Below, in pieces: positions 49,445 to 63,100 of a DNA stretch of 64,000 nucleotides. Numbering within the stretch: the first letter of the stretch is position 1; each line of letters begins with the position of its first letter. The translations under genes and the position numbers were made by a program. Location: positions 75,084,001 through 75,148,000 of the forward strand of contig CM059432.1 in assembly GCA_030390025.1 (NCBI GenBank), in the 5' to 3' direction. Source of the stretch: Squalus acanthias (taxonomy: Eukaryota). The notes under the pieces were generated by a model that saw only the letters and a list, made by a program, of their open reading frames with translations, did no database searches and was not told the DNA's origin.

Positions 49445-49899
49445 AAACTCTGCTGCCCGTATCCCAACTCGCACCAAGTCCTGTTAGCCCATCACGCATG
49501 TGCTTACTGACCTCCAGCAACGCCTCGATTTTAAAATTTTCAAATCCCTCCATGTCCGCGCCCCTCCCTATTTCTGTAACCTCCTCCAGCTCTACAACCC
49601 ACCGAGATCTCTGCACTCCTCCAATTCTGGCCTCTTGCACATCCCAGATTTTCATCACTACACCATTGGCAACCGTCCCTTCAGCTGCCTCGGCCCCAAG
49701 CTCTGGAATTCTCTCCCTAAACCTCTCCACCTTGCTCTCCTCCTTTAAGTCACTCCTTAAAACCTACCTCTGACGAAGCTTTTGGTCACCTGTCCTAATA
49801 TCGCATGTGAAAGGTGTCAAATTTTGTTCGATAGCACTCACGTGAAGCACTTTGGGATGTTTTCACTACGTTAAACACGCTATTTAGATGAAAGTTGTT
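49445..49899 (+). mobile_element. L2 LINE 3' fragment
   Basis: QRLDFKIFKSLH, FSCLGPKLWNSLP and the L2 tail. Confidence 0.85.
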
Positions 49900-50422
49900 C
49901 TGTATTATAAAGTTGTTTAAATGTGTTTCTACTTTAACATTTCCCATTCTTCTTCTCTGCACCATCCTCCAAAAGCCAAAACAGAGAATCCAGGCACCTT
50001 TGTTGTGCTTCTTGAAGAGGACCCCATGACATTTCAATTAGATATTACAAACTGTTGTGAATTCTTCACTAGTCATGGGATACCCATATATCATCTTACT
50101 GAAAGTGCATGAATTTTAAACTAGATAACGGTCATATCTACTCATATCATAGCAGTTAGTAACTATGGGGCATCAATTTATGACTACCAAAATATATCTA
50201 TCTATATTTCAGTTCCTATGAGAGAGAGGCCAAAAGGGCTATAAAATTCTATGTTACCACGATCTTTCAATTCTTCATATGACACTTTAGTGAGAAGCAA
50301 CAGATCAATTATAGTGATACCTAAAGACATATCTGGTTCCATCTATGATTTTATATCTTCGATCTGCATTGGTCTTGCTTGAGTTCTGGAATAATATGAT
50401 GCTCTGAAGAGGAAAAACCTAC

Positions 50423-50491
50423 CTGGAGTGGGTTTGAAAGTCTGCGGATCCACACTGTCTTGCATCGGTTCTAATTCTTCTTTTTCAGCCT
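50423..50491 (-). CDS. ASPH: ASPH exon, 69 nt, EAEKEELEPMQDSVDPQTFKPTP
   Basis: cattattttag / gtaggt, phase 1-1. Confidence 0.85.
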
Positions 50492-52424
50492 CTAAAATAA
50501 TGTATTTTTGTACAGAAACAATTTCAGCTTAGATACTCCTGTACTTAAACAAGTCTTAATACAATAGCTTGTATTGAGGCAAAATGTTGCTTTATTTATT
50601 TCCTGCACCCTCAAATTGCTGATACATCCATTGCCTGGTATTTACTGAGCCACACAAATAGAAAGATTTCCATATCTACACTGAGTTTGCTGATCCCAGA
50701 CTGAATTATTTTGAAACGTTATCGTTATAATTACAATTTTGATAATCAGTTTAGGGAGGTGAATGGCACTCTCTAATTGTCCCTATGCGCTCTACCTACC
50801 AGATAAATTCCTTCAACGTATACTCGTCACAAGCCCTATGCCAATACTGCTGAATGCAGATGAGCAAATAATTGGAGGTGAGCAAGAGGCAGGAGGAGAT
50901 AATGTTTATTGAAATGATAGAAACACAACATATAACAGAAGGACCAGATTACAGACAAGGTGTTGTTGAAGAATAGACAAAAAAAATTATATTAGTGCGA
51001 GTATATTTGGTATCAATTTTAGAATTGAGAATTCAGATATTACAGAAATATGGCTGCAAATAGAATATGGACTGAATGTGGAGCCAAGAAGGTATAAAAT
51101 GTTTACGATAGATTGATCTATTCAGCATTATTAGTAAAGATAATTAAAAGCCAAAGGGTTGAATAACAGCAGAAGGGGAACTGAAGAAGCAATATCGGTA
51201 GAAACTAGTAATTAAGAGCAACAATACAATTATTGGCTTCCATTATTACATGTCAGTGAAAGACAAGCCAGTAGACAGCAATTCGTTAGGCAAGGAAGAG
51301 GCTGCTCAAAATCATAATTATTTGGGGGTGAGGAAGGACTATTGCTTATGGTACACCAAGCAAGGGCAAGCAGAAGGGTGGGAGCTGTCAGGAGGATTAT
51401 GTGGGAACTGAAACTAAAAAAAAGTTGAATGCAGAAATCATTCAGCTGGTAAAACCAAAAATAATCTAAATGTTAAGGAAAAATATTTTTAAGATACAAA
51501 AAAAGACCTGAATAATCAGAACAACTGCTTAGATGTCAATAGCCAGATTTCAATGAGATTCAAAGAAAGTGGTGTAATGGTAGAAGTATTAAATTAATTT
51601 TTCACATCAATCTTCAAAAATGAAGACTATTTCTAGGCACCATTGTTTTAACTCAGAATTCTAAAACATATGTCTAGAGATCAGTAAAGCTTCTAATAGG
51701 AACAAATTCAAGTTATTAAATGAGAAGCAATCACCTGTTCTTTCACAAACAAAAATAGGTGAAATGTGTTACAAGAGTCAAATTGCAACTACTGCACAAT
51801 GAGTGGTCTTTTATATTTAATTTTAATGCAGCAATAGCTGCTGCAATTCAGTTTGGTGGAAATCACAGTATTTTTGTTTTGATATTAAAGCTACACACTC
51901 ATTATGGCTATACTGTGTGTTGCACCAGTCATTAGTCAGCTCATGACAAAGCAGGGCAAGTTTATTTTTTAAAAGCAGCACAATTAGTATAAAATGTCCC
52001 TCTTGCAGCTCCTCTCAGCAAAAAAAAAGCATGTTTCTTCGGGTGTTCAATCTGAATGCTCACAGCAGCTACTGTTAGCAAGACCCCATTAACCTTTACA
52101 GGTAACCAGCTTAACAAAGATGGGAGGGAGAAAAAAAAACACGTCTTGACAAAGAGTTGGTCTTTAAGGTTTGAAGTTGGCATTTGGATAGAATACGATT
52201 AATGAGTTTATTTTGTATTGCACTCCAGAAAATTATTAAAAATTATTCATTTTTCAATCTTCAGTTTTGCCATTTCATAATGCAGGGATTGGTTTACCCA
52301 TCTTTCTATTCCACACACTCCCATTAAAAAAAGCTGCCAAGCATCTTTACTCTATAAAGATAAGCTTGTTTATCTCCAGATAAATCATTTTCATGAGTGT
52401 TCACGTAATGGAATCTCAAATTAC

Positions 52425-52517
52425 CTGTCTCTATGAATGTGTGCATAGATGGCTGAATTGGCTCTTCATTCTTCCCAAAATGTTCAGCAGGAACAGGTCC
52501 TTCTACTTCTTTCAATC
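52425..52517 (-). CDS. ASPH: ASPH exon, 93 nt, GLKEVEGPVPAEHFGKNEEPIQPSMHTFIET
   Basis: catttgaaaacag / gtaatt, phase 1-1. Starts GLKE like the human GLKERSTSEP... exon (recalled). Confidence 0.9.
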
Positions 52518-54389
52518 CTGTTTTCAAATGCCGAAGAATTTCATAAAACAACAGAAGTTGCATCAAGGACCGGATCAGCAGGGCTTCTTAAAATTGTAAT
52601 ACTGAAAACCTTTTCAAGCATATACATTCTATTATGCTACCATCAACAACTGTGTTCAGAAGTGGTTATAAATTGTACAGGTATTAATTGAAGCAACTCA
52701 TCAGCACAAATCATGATTCTTACAGTATGATCTTGCCACTGATTTTTCAAAAGGATTTTGAAAGGAACGAGAAAAAATTCTCAACGCTTTATTTCAGGCA
52801 AGAAAGGGGAGGGATGCAAGGAAGCGAGACACACACAAACACACACCTTTACACATTAAAATTTTGCATGACTGAATTGGTTAGCAGCATTTTGCTGGCT
52901 ATTTTAAATATTTCTGGTTGCGTAATTCAAAGATACATGTGTACTTCATTCAGCTGGTAAAACCAAATGTTGATCAAATATGTATAGATAATGCATTGCA
53001 AGCCTACCCACAGCAGGACATCATTACTCTCCTAAGACTGTAAGAACTAAACAGCACAATCTTACATAACCTCAACTGCAATCAACTAGGAAATACTGCA
53101 ATTTTTAACCAGTTACCCCAACTAATGCAGCTAAAACTAAAACCCAAAAGTCATGTTCTTATATACAATAGGATGCCAATGCTCCGAACAGTCAGGCTCA
53201 GTCCAAGGTAGTGACCAGGGATGGGGATGGAGTTGGTGGTGAGGGCCGAAGATGGCAGCTTTGATTTTCCCAATTATTTTTCGAAAAGATTTTGAAAGAA
53301 ACTGGAGAACAAATTCTCAAAGCTTTTATTTCAGGCAAGAAAAGGTGGGGGTTACGAGAGCAGAGACAGCCAGCCACATATACTATCAGAAGGGGTAGAT
53401 GAGTGGAAGGGAGGGGAAAGGTGGGGAAGATGAGTGGAAAGGAGGGCTGCAGAAGAGGCAGAGGGAAAGTAAAGGAAAAGGAAAAGGGGCAGAGAAGGAA
53501 TTAGAAAAGTCTGTCAGGGGAACGGCAAGTCCATTAGCAGATATGGGGACTGGAGACCAGCCTGAAAAGTTAGTCAATGGAACGGTTGTTTGAGACCTGA
53601 AAAGATCAGCACTGGGAGTGTGTGGATGCAAACTCCAGGTAGGAGATCGGACCGGAAAATGAAGGGATGGGTTACAGTCTGGCCGGTGTCCCCTTCCTCT
53701 ATTTTAGGATACTGATAAGTTTCACGTGCATCTATCCCCAATATGGATTAAGAGATATTTTTACATAAAGATTGATTCTGCATTGCCATCCAGTGGATTT
53801 TAATGGGGCTGCATATGCTTAGACACATGGTCACCTTAAGACCAAAAAGACAGTTCCAAAGTGCTTCAAACTAACTTTATGTAACAAGTCTTTTGGCATT
53901 ACAAGTCCCACTCAGCATTTGTAATATACAATAGATATCAACAATTGTGCTTTTCTGTTACGAACTCCTCTCAGACAAAGAGCAGCTGTGAGAGGCAATA
54001 CATATGGTTCTTCGTTGATAGCTAAAAGAAACCAAACGGAATGGATTTTTTTAAAGAGTCAATCACGTCTTTTGAGTGTATATATTAAATCATTTTTGAG
54101 GCTAAACAATTTTTTTTATATTTAAAAACTGGAACTGCATAAATGAACTTAACATTTTATGTTATATTAAAGACTGTATAACTTTGAGATCAATAATTAT
54201 TTGCAAACATATTTAAACTGTTCTGCTTCTGTACTCCTGGCACATACTAGGAATAAATATCAAGAAATTGTGCATATCTAGTCTGTAATTTTCCATTAAT
54301 TTTAAGCAGAACATTTGTGTTTAAATGCTTCAAGAGTAAAACAATATGAGGAACCAACTAACAATGAGGAAAATGGTTGCAGAGATAAG

Positions 54390-57300
54390 AACATAAGAAA
54401 TAGGAGCAGGAGTAGGCCATTCTGCCCCTCGAGCCTGCTCCGCCATTCAATAAGAGCATGGCGGATCTTCTACCTCAACTCCACTTTCCTGCACTATCCC
54501 CATATCCCTTGATTCCCTTAATATTCAAAAATCTATCAATCTCCATCTTGAATATACTCAACGACTGAGCCTCCACAGCCCTCTGGGGTAGAGAATTCCA
54601 AAGATTCACCACCCTCTGAGTGAAGAAATTTCTCCTCATCTCAGTCCTAAATGGCCGACCCCTTATTCTGAAACTGTGACCCATGGTTCTAGACTCCCCA
54701 GCCAGGGGAAACATCCTCCCTGCATCTACCCTGTCAAGCCCTGTAAGAATTTTGCATGTTTCAATGAGATCACCTCTCATTCTTCTAAACTCCAGAGAAT
54801 ATAGGCCTAGTCTACTCAATCTCTCCTCAAAAGGACAATCCCCCTCATCCCCAGAACCAGTCTGGTGAACCTTCATTGCACTCCCTCTATGGCAAGTATA
54901 TCCTTCCTTAGGTAAGGAGACCAAAACTGTACACAATACTCCAGGTGTGGTCTCACCAGGGCCCTATATAATTGCAGTAAGACGTCTTTACTCTTATACT
55001 CAAATCCTCTTGTAATAAAGGCCAACATACCATTTGCTTTCCTAATTGCTTGCTGTACCTGCATGTTAACTTTCAGTGATTCAGTTACAAGGACACCCAG
55101 GTCCCTCTGAACACCAACAGTTCCCAGTCTCTCTCCATTTAAAAAATACTCTACTTTTCTATTTTTCCTACCAAAGTGGTTAACTTCACATTTCTCCACA
55201 TTACATCACCTTGAAGCCTCTTTGAATCCTCCTCACAACTTACATTCCCACCTAGCTTTGTATCAGCAGCAAATTTGGATATATTACATTTGGTCCCCTC
55301 ATCCAAATCATTGATATAGATTGTGAATAGCTGAGGCCCAAGCACTGATTCTTGCGGTACCCCACTAGTTACAGCCTGCCAACCCGAAAATGACTCGCTT
55401 ATTCCCACTCTGTTTTCTATTCGTCAACCAATCCTCAATCCATGCTAGTATATTACCCCCATCACATGAGCCCTAATTTTGTTTAATAACCTTTTATGTG
55501 GCACCTTATCGAATGCCTTCTGAAAATCCAAATACACCACATCCACTGGTTCCCCCTTATCTATTCTGCTAGTTACAACCTCAAAATAACAGATTTGTCA
55601 AACATGATTTCCCTTTCATAAATCCGTGTCGACTCTGCCCAATCCTATTATTTTCTAAGTGCCCTGTTACCACATCCTTAATAATAGATTCTAGTCATTT
55701 TCCCTATGACTGCTGATGTCAGGCTAACTGGTCTGTAGTTCCCAGTTTTCCCTCTTCCCTCCTTTCTTAAAATAGTGGGGTTACATTTGCTACCTTCCAA
55801 TCTGCAGGAACCATTCGAGAATCTATTGAATTTTGGAAGATGACAACCAATGCACCATCTCTATAGCCACCTTTTTCAAAACCCTAGGATGTCGGCCATC
55901 AGGTCCAGGGGATTTATTGGCTTTCAGTCCCATTAATTTCTCTAGTACTATTTCTTTACTAATACTAATTTCTTTCAGTTCCTCATTCCTACTAGACCCT
56001 TGGTTCTCCACTATTTCCGGGAAGTTTTTTGCGTCTTCTTCCATGAAGACAGACACAAAGTATTTGTTTAATTTCTCTGCCATTTCCTTATTCCCTATTA
56101 TAATTTCTCCTGTCTCAGCCGGTAAGGGGCCCACGTTTATCTTTTCCTTTTTACATACCTATAGAAGCTTTTACAATCTGTTTTTATGTCTTGCGCTAGT
56201 TTACTCTCATATTCTATTTTCCCTTTATCAATTTCTTGGCCCTCCTTTGCTAAATTCTAAAATCCTCCCAATCCTCAGGCTTATTGCTCTTTTTGGCAAC
56301 ATTATAAGCCTCTTCCTTTGATCTAATACAATCTTTAACTTCTCTTGTTAGCCATGGTTGGACCACTTTTCCTGTGGGATTTTTGTGCCTTAAAGGAATG
56401 TATGCGTTATAAATTATGTATTCATTCTATAAATGCTAGCCATTGCTTCTCTACCGTCACACCTTTTAAAATAGTTTTCCAATCTACCTTAGCCAACTTG
56501 CCACTCATACCTATGTAGTTTGCTTTGTTCAGATTTAAGACCCAAGTTTCAGATTTAACTAAATCACTTTCAAACTTAATATAAAATTCTATCATATTAC
56601 AGTCACTCTTCCCTAAAGGCCCCTTTACTGCAAGGTTATTAATTAACCCTTTCTCATTGCACAATACTAGATCTAAAATAGCCTGTTCCTTAGTTAGTTC
56701 CCTAACATACTGATCTAGAAAACTATCTGGTATACATTCCATGAATTTGTCCTCTACACTATTACTGCAAATTTGGTTTGCCCAGTCTATATGTAGATTA
56801 AAGTCCCCCATGATTACTGTATTACCCTTGTTACATGCGCCTCTAATTTCCTGATTTATACTCTGCCCCACATTACAACTACTGTTTGGGGGCCTATAAA
56901 CAACTCCCACCAATGTTTTCTGCCCTTTGCTGTTTCTGAGCTCCACCCAAACTGATTCTACTTCTTGATTTTCGGAGCCAAGATCCTGTCTCTCTACTGT
57001 CTTTATCCCATCCTTTATCAGGGCTACCCCTCCTCCTTTTCCATTTTGCCTATCTCTTCTAAAAGAGAAGTATTCTGGAATATTTAGATCCCAACCTAAG
57101 TCACTTAGTCATTACAGAGACGTGGTTGCAATTAGATCAAACCTATTAATTTCTATCTGAGCTATTAATTCATCTATTTTGTTGCGAATGCTTCGCGCGT
57201 TCAGATATAGTGCCTTTAGCTTTGACTTTTTTCTATTTTTCCCTGATGTCACCTTAGTCACTGATGCCCTATTACCTTTGTTACTCTGTCCCTTCCTGAC

Positions 57301-58600
57301 CCACTCTGCTTATTTTTACCCAAAACTTTGCTCTGGAGCCTTGACATTTCTCTCGCTGCTTTTAAATTTACTCTTTCCTGAATCCTCCCACCCCCACTTC
57401 ATTAGTTTAAAGCCCTGTCTACTGCCCTAGTTATTCGATTTTCCAGGACACTGGTTCCAGCCCGGTTTAAGTAGAGCCCGTCCCAATAGACAGCCCCTTC
57501 TTTCCCCAGTACTGGTGCCAGTGCCCCACGAAGCAAAACCCCTGCCTCCCACACCACCCTGAGCCACGCATTTAACCTTTTAATCTGCTTATCCCTATGC
57601 CAACTGGCACGTGGCTCAGATAACAATCCAGGAGATTATTACCTTTGAAGTTCTACGTTGTAATTTGGACCCCAACTACTCAAACTCTCAGCAGAACCTC
57701 ATTCCTAGTTCTACCTATGCCGTTGGTTCGTACGTGGACCACGACAATTGGATTCTCCCCTTCCCACTTCAAGTTCTTCTCCAGCCACGAGGAGATGTCT
57801 TTAACCCTTTAACAGGCAACACAACCTTCGGAACTCCCGGTCACAGCTGCAGAGAACAGTATCTATCCCCCTGACTATACTATCCCCTACCACAATTACA
57901 TTCCCTTTCACTGCCCCTCCACTTGAATGGCTTCCTGCACCATGGTGCCAAGGTCAGCTTGCTCATCCATTGTGCAGGCTTTTCCCTCATCCACACAGGC
58001 AGCAAGAACCTCATACCTGTTGGATAAGGACAAATTCCGAGGCTCCTCCAGCACTGCACCTGGAGTCCCCTTACCTGCCTGAGTTGCAGTCACACCCTCC
58101 CGTCCCCGACCTGTACCACTACCTAACCTAAGGGGTGTGACTGCCTCCTGGATCAAAGTGTCTAGGTAACTCTCCCCCTCCCTGATGCCCCGCAATGTCT
58201 GCACCTCAGACTCCAGCTCAAAAACTCTGATCTGAAGCTCCTCAAGATGCAGGCACTTACTGCAAATGTGGTTGTCTGGGATCACAATGCTCTCCACAAA
58301 CTCCCACATGCTGCAGCTGCGGTACACCATCTGCACTGCCATCCCTATATGACCTTGTTCTATTTAATTAAATGTATTAAATTTGTATTTAAGTAACTTA
58401 GTTTACAGTTTAGTTTCTTGACTACTTACTTGATCTAGATTAAGTTATGGGTTATGAAATTAAATATTTACCTGTAACACAAAGCACTACAAGTAGTGTA
58501 GGCAAAAAGCAGCAACTCCTTCCCCTTCTTCGCCGAATTCCCACTCTTTCCAAATAAAACACTCTTTACGTGCCCTCCGTTTAATGCCGCTCTGTGCGGA
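54390..58600 (-). mobile_element. Essentially full-length but decayed CR1 LINE (5'UTR, ORF1 with Cys/His motif and esterase, ORF2 EN-RT, 3' tail)
   Basis: ORF1 start MAVQMVYRSCSMWEF...HICSKC...LSNRYEVL (58342-57908), [34 protein letters not shown] and the CR1 tail. Many frameshifts. Confidence 0.95.
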
Positions 58601-59499
58601 GTGCTCTGTGCAGATACCGGAAGGCACAAATTTTCCACTTCTGTATTGCTGGCACACACTGGGAGAACACATCAGGAAATTGTGCACCCCCAGCCGATAA
58701 TTCTCTGCCCGTTCATTAAGCAACAGAAAATTTATGCTCTCAGATCTCAGTGATGCCTCAAATACTGATAAGTCAGTGTCACTGATAATACAACTTGGCA
58801 TAACACTCCTGTTCTTATAAAATCTCCAAGTCAGTGAGTACACTATAGTGTAATCAAAAAACAATATAATTAAAAGTTTTGTAAGTGGCATACAGCATAC
58901 TTCAAATCTGTATACAACATTTAAGATCTGAATGTCATACTTTAATGACTGGCTTAAGTAAACAGGATCTGTTCAGATAATTAGCTGTTTTGGTAAAATA
59001 CCTAGAGCTAGGAAAAGATAATGCTACCATTCAAGATAATACCTTCATCCAATCATTTTTCCAAACCCAGCAACTCAAATTTCCCACATAACTTTTGCAA
59101 AGTAGCTTCAGCAGCAATCTTCATTTCTAACTTACTGAGCATATCTCCCCAATAAAAATCATGTAAAAAAATGCTGGGGGGAAAAATACACTAACCTGAA
59201 CTATATTAGAAATTACCCCTACATCGCATTGCCCCTTTTTCTGAGACCTGCAACTTGAATATTGCTGCATCCCCGTTTGCATTGTATTCTACCTGGATCT
59301 TGCCTCAATGGAAAGGTTCAGCAAGTACCATCAGTGTCACCCAGTGCATCACAATGGTAAATGTTCATTAGGCCTAATGGTATCAATTGCAAAATGTTGT
59401 AAACTGCTCTCCACCCCTGCCCCTCACCCCACCCTTCTGTGCTTTGGTCCTAGTACCCTCTGCTTTAACTGTAATTCATTGTCCCCATCACTCTGTTCC

Positions 59500-60186
59500 A
59501 TTACCATCCTGTTAAGCGCCAGCCAAAAACTCCACACCACAGCCCAATCCCATCACTTTCCCAGCTGTATGCTCAGACCGAACCTCTGTTCTGTTGACCC
59601 TGAACTGAACTTTAAATTCCACATCCTAGCCACCACAAAGATGGCTTATCTCCACCCTATTTCACTCCCACTGCCTAAAACCCTCCTTCATCCCTTTGTC
59701 ACATCCAGGTCAACTACTTCAATGCTCTTCTCAACTCTCTCCCAAGATCCACAATACATAAACTATAACTTGTGCAAAATTCCACCACACAGCCTACCCT
59801 AGACTAAGGCACACTCCCCAATCATTCGTCTTTTATTTGCATCTCAATACTTCAAATTTAAAATCCCTGTTCCTGGCTACAAATCCCAAGGCGTTACCTC
59901 TCCCCACCTCTGCAATTGCCTCTAACCCTACGTGCCAGCAAATGGGCTGTATTCTTCAGACTCTGCCCCACTGAACTCCACCTTCACTAAAACCTTGCGA
60001 ACCTCAACACCCTACTTTGCTACCTCTTCCACCACCCCCCCACCCCCCAAAACTACAAACCATACATCTAATCATGCCTTGGGTCACTTCCCCAATTCTT
60101 CTTGTTGCTCAATGTCCGGTTTCAGCTCTTTGAAATGCGCTGGGAGCTTCTATTATATTGAAGCCTCTATGTAAATGTAAGTTGTT
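59500..60186 (+). mobile_element. Old, strongly decayed L2 fragment
   Basis: DPELNFKFHI, LLHPFVTSR, and a TATGTAAATGTAAGTTGTT tail. Confidence 0.6.
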
Positions 60187-63100
60187 ATTTGATAAAAAGA
60201 TAAAACTTCATTTGTAATTTGCCTTGCATGTTGCCAGTTAAACAAATTCATTGGTTATTTGCAGTTTTAACAGGATTCTCAATAGATATTAGAAACCTTT
60301 TTTATGAACCATCCTATAACCAAATACATTTTCACACATTGCACAGCACTCAGCCACCTCAATGTGCATCAGCTACATTGCATGAAACATATTTATGCAA
60401 TGTTTATTTCATTTAGTAATCTGGTAAATGCCATTATTATACCAACCTATTGCTACCAACTTTAGTGGTCCTAAATTTTTATGTTTCCCTAGCAAAATCA
60501 AAAACATGCTGCAGAAGATATCTGCATCTGTATTGGAGCTACTGCATTTCTATTGGTAACTGTTCAAGAAAAATCTGCCTTTTCACGGTGATGTTCCAAA
60601 ATGTTTTAACAGGTTGAAATGCTATTTTATTCGTGACTTGCAAATGAACAAATACATATTTTCACTTTAACACGAACCTTCCCTTCTTTTATAGCTTTCT
60701 CAAAGAAGGACATTTTGTGTGATAATATCTGGAATACATGTCTAATGTGCTTTCTCTGATTTAATTATGGAAAGATTTCTGTAGTACTGTATTATTTGCA
60801 ACAAAAATCAAAAATATAAACATTCATGCACATTAAATGCGCCCAAGGAAAGAAATTTGTTAGGTCAACTTGGTCATTTGGAGAAGCCGAATCTAAATTT
60901 GATTCAAAATTCCATTAAAGATATTTTTACTTTGATTTCATTTCTACATGAAGATGGGACAGCATTAGGACCCCCCTTCACTGACCTTCAAACAGCTGTT
61001 CAACTAGAACAGTGGCTTGAATGGACAAGACCAGTTTGCTGCTAGCAACAGTACAAAACTAAGCTGAAGGTTACATATCTCAAATGCAAGCCAAGCTATT
61101 TACTGTCAGTTATACATATACAAAATCAATTCCTCTTGGAAGTTAAGATTTTCACCACAAAAACAAATTAATCTTAACTCAAAAAAAAAGTCCTGGTGTT
61201 TTTTTTTTCAAATTTGTGTTATATCAAATCAAACTTCTCATATTCAGAGATGAAAATTGCCCTAAACTACTGCTACAGTTAATTATTTGACAAAGTAGCA
61301 GAGACACATTAGGTGAAAAGTCAGTTTTTATTTTCTGTTATTCCAAAGAAATTTCCACATGGTGATTTTTTTTCCAACCTTCTTAAATTATATTCCTCAC
61401 ATGGGGTAAGTTTTACCCATATATTTATATCCATTACCTTGCTCCTCTGATTTCCAATCTACAAATGCTGAGCTTTGATATACAACAGTGATAATCTTTT
61501 CATTTTATAATCTAAGAGCAAATCATGACAATAGCTTAAGACAAAGGAGCAGAATTTAAAAAGTTAGTATTTAAAGATGAGGCCCACCACTTTCAAGAGC
61601 CACCGCAATTTCTAACCAAGACAGGTCATCTTACAAAGTCCTGTGAAAATCGGATAAAATGGTTTGTTAAACCAACAGCAGCATTATCTAATACACAACA
61701 GTTTAAAAATAAACAGAGATTGATAAAATAATTGAGTATGGAACATGGATTTTTTTTTTATATAAACGGCGGAACAAAATCATTACTCTAAAGAGACAGA
61801 ATTATAAAACCGAGCAACCCCAACAAAAAATTCTCAATGTAATTTTGAAAGTGATTTGAAGTCAATGAGTAGACTGTAGATAGCAAAACTATTTTAGTAG
61901 ATAATTACCACAGTTGAGTTGGAGCAATTATCAGTGATATTTACCAATATTTGAGGGGGAAATTAACTGCAGTTTTTAAGGAGCCATTCTAGTGTTCAAT
62001 TTACCAAAAGCCAAACACTGTAGTGTTGAAAATAAAGAACAGTTTTAGGCAAACACAATCGCTCACAAGAATTAGCTGAGAAAATGCATTACTTTATACC
62101 TATTTTGTTGATAACATTTCTGCTGATTATTTGGTGACGTGTGGAGAGCACTGGTGTCCAAATATATTTGTTAAGCAAGTCAGCTGTTTCTTACTCTGGC
62201 CAAAATTCTTGTGCATTTATTATCTTGGCAAGAATTAGATTAATCTAATTAATGAAATTAAGAATTTCTACCACAAAGCCTACCTCTGAGCAAATAGGTT
62301 TATATTGCAGTCATTGGGATGACCTTTGCAACAATTACATTTACTTATAAATTCTCAGCAGGAACAATGTCATAAAATATAGGGGACCGAGTGCTTTGAC
62401 AAGAATTAGAAGCAGCTGAAAATTGCCAGTAATAAAATGGACAAAGTTGTGTGGCAGCAAAAATAATTTCATCACCTGAATTCCTTTTATGTATTCCATG
62501 CACGCAACATGGTTGCTTCTTGTAAAAATGGACCTACTTTGTAGCTATTGTTCAAGTATATTCATCTAATTTTAAAATGAAGGGTGGTCTGCAGCAATTT
62601 TGCATCAGTAGAGTGCAGGACAGGGCAAGGTATAAAAACCAATTCCTGTGCAGTCTTGCTATCAAACTAACATTTCTGGGAAATGTAAGCATAGGTGCAA
62701 ACGGGAACATACAGTCTAATACCCAGGTTAAATGCTTCAGCTGACAGCAATCGGTCTGGGCATCTTCACAAACTTGAGGCTCAGACTTCTCATATGCAAA
62801 AGCTGCCAATTGAAAATATTGTTAGAGGCATTTCTAATACAAAAACTGCTATTCTATAGGCAAGTTTAATAATTTTCTTATAAATATTGTAATTTGTATG
62901 TCTTCATTTGTTCTAAACATTAATTTCTATTAGTAAGTGCTCAGCTCATCAATAAAAGCAAAATGGCAGCCAGGAAAATTTCCAAATATTTTAAGCAATT
63001 AATTGGCTTGCTGTTAGCTGACTGCTCTTTTTGATTCATAAATTTTTGAACATCAGGATTGGTAGTTTCCATTCTTCCTAAACACTTGCTGATTGGTACG

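Noticed and set aside
53399..53593. K/E/G-rich ORF as the junctin terminal exon
   Set aside because: It is on the plus strand, opposite to ASPH, and reflects purine-rich low complexity.
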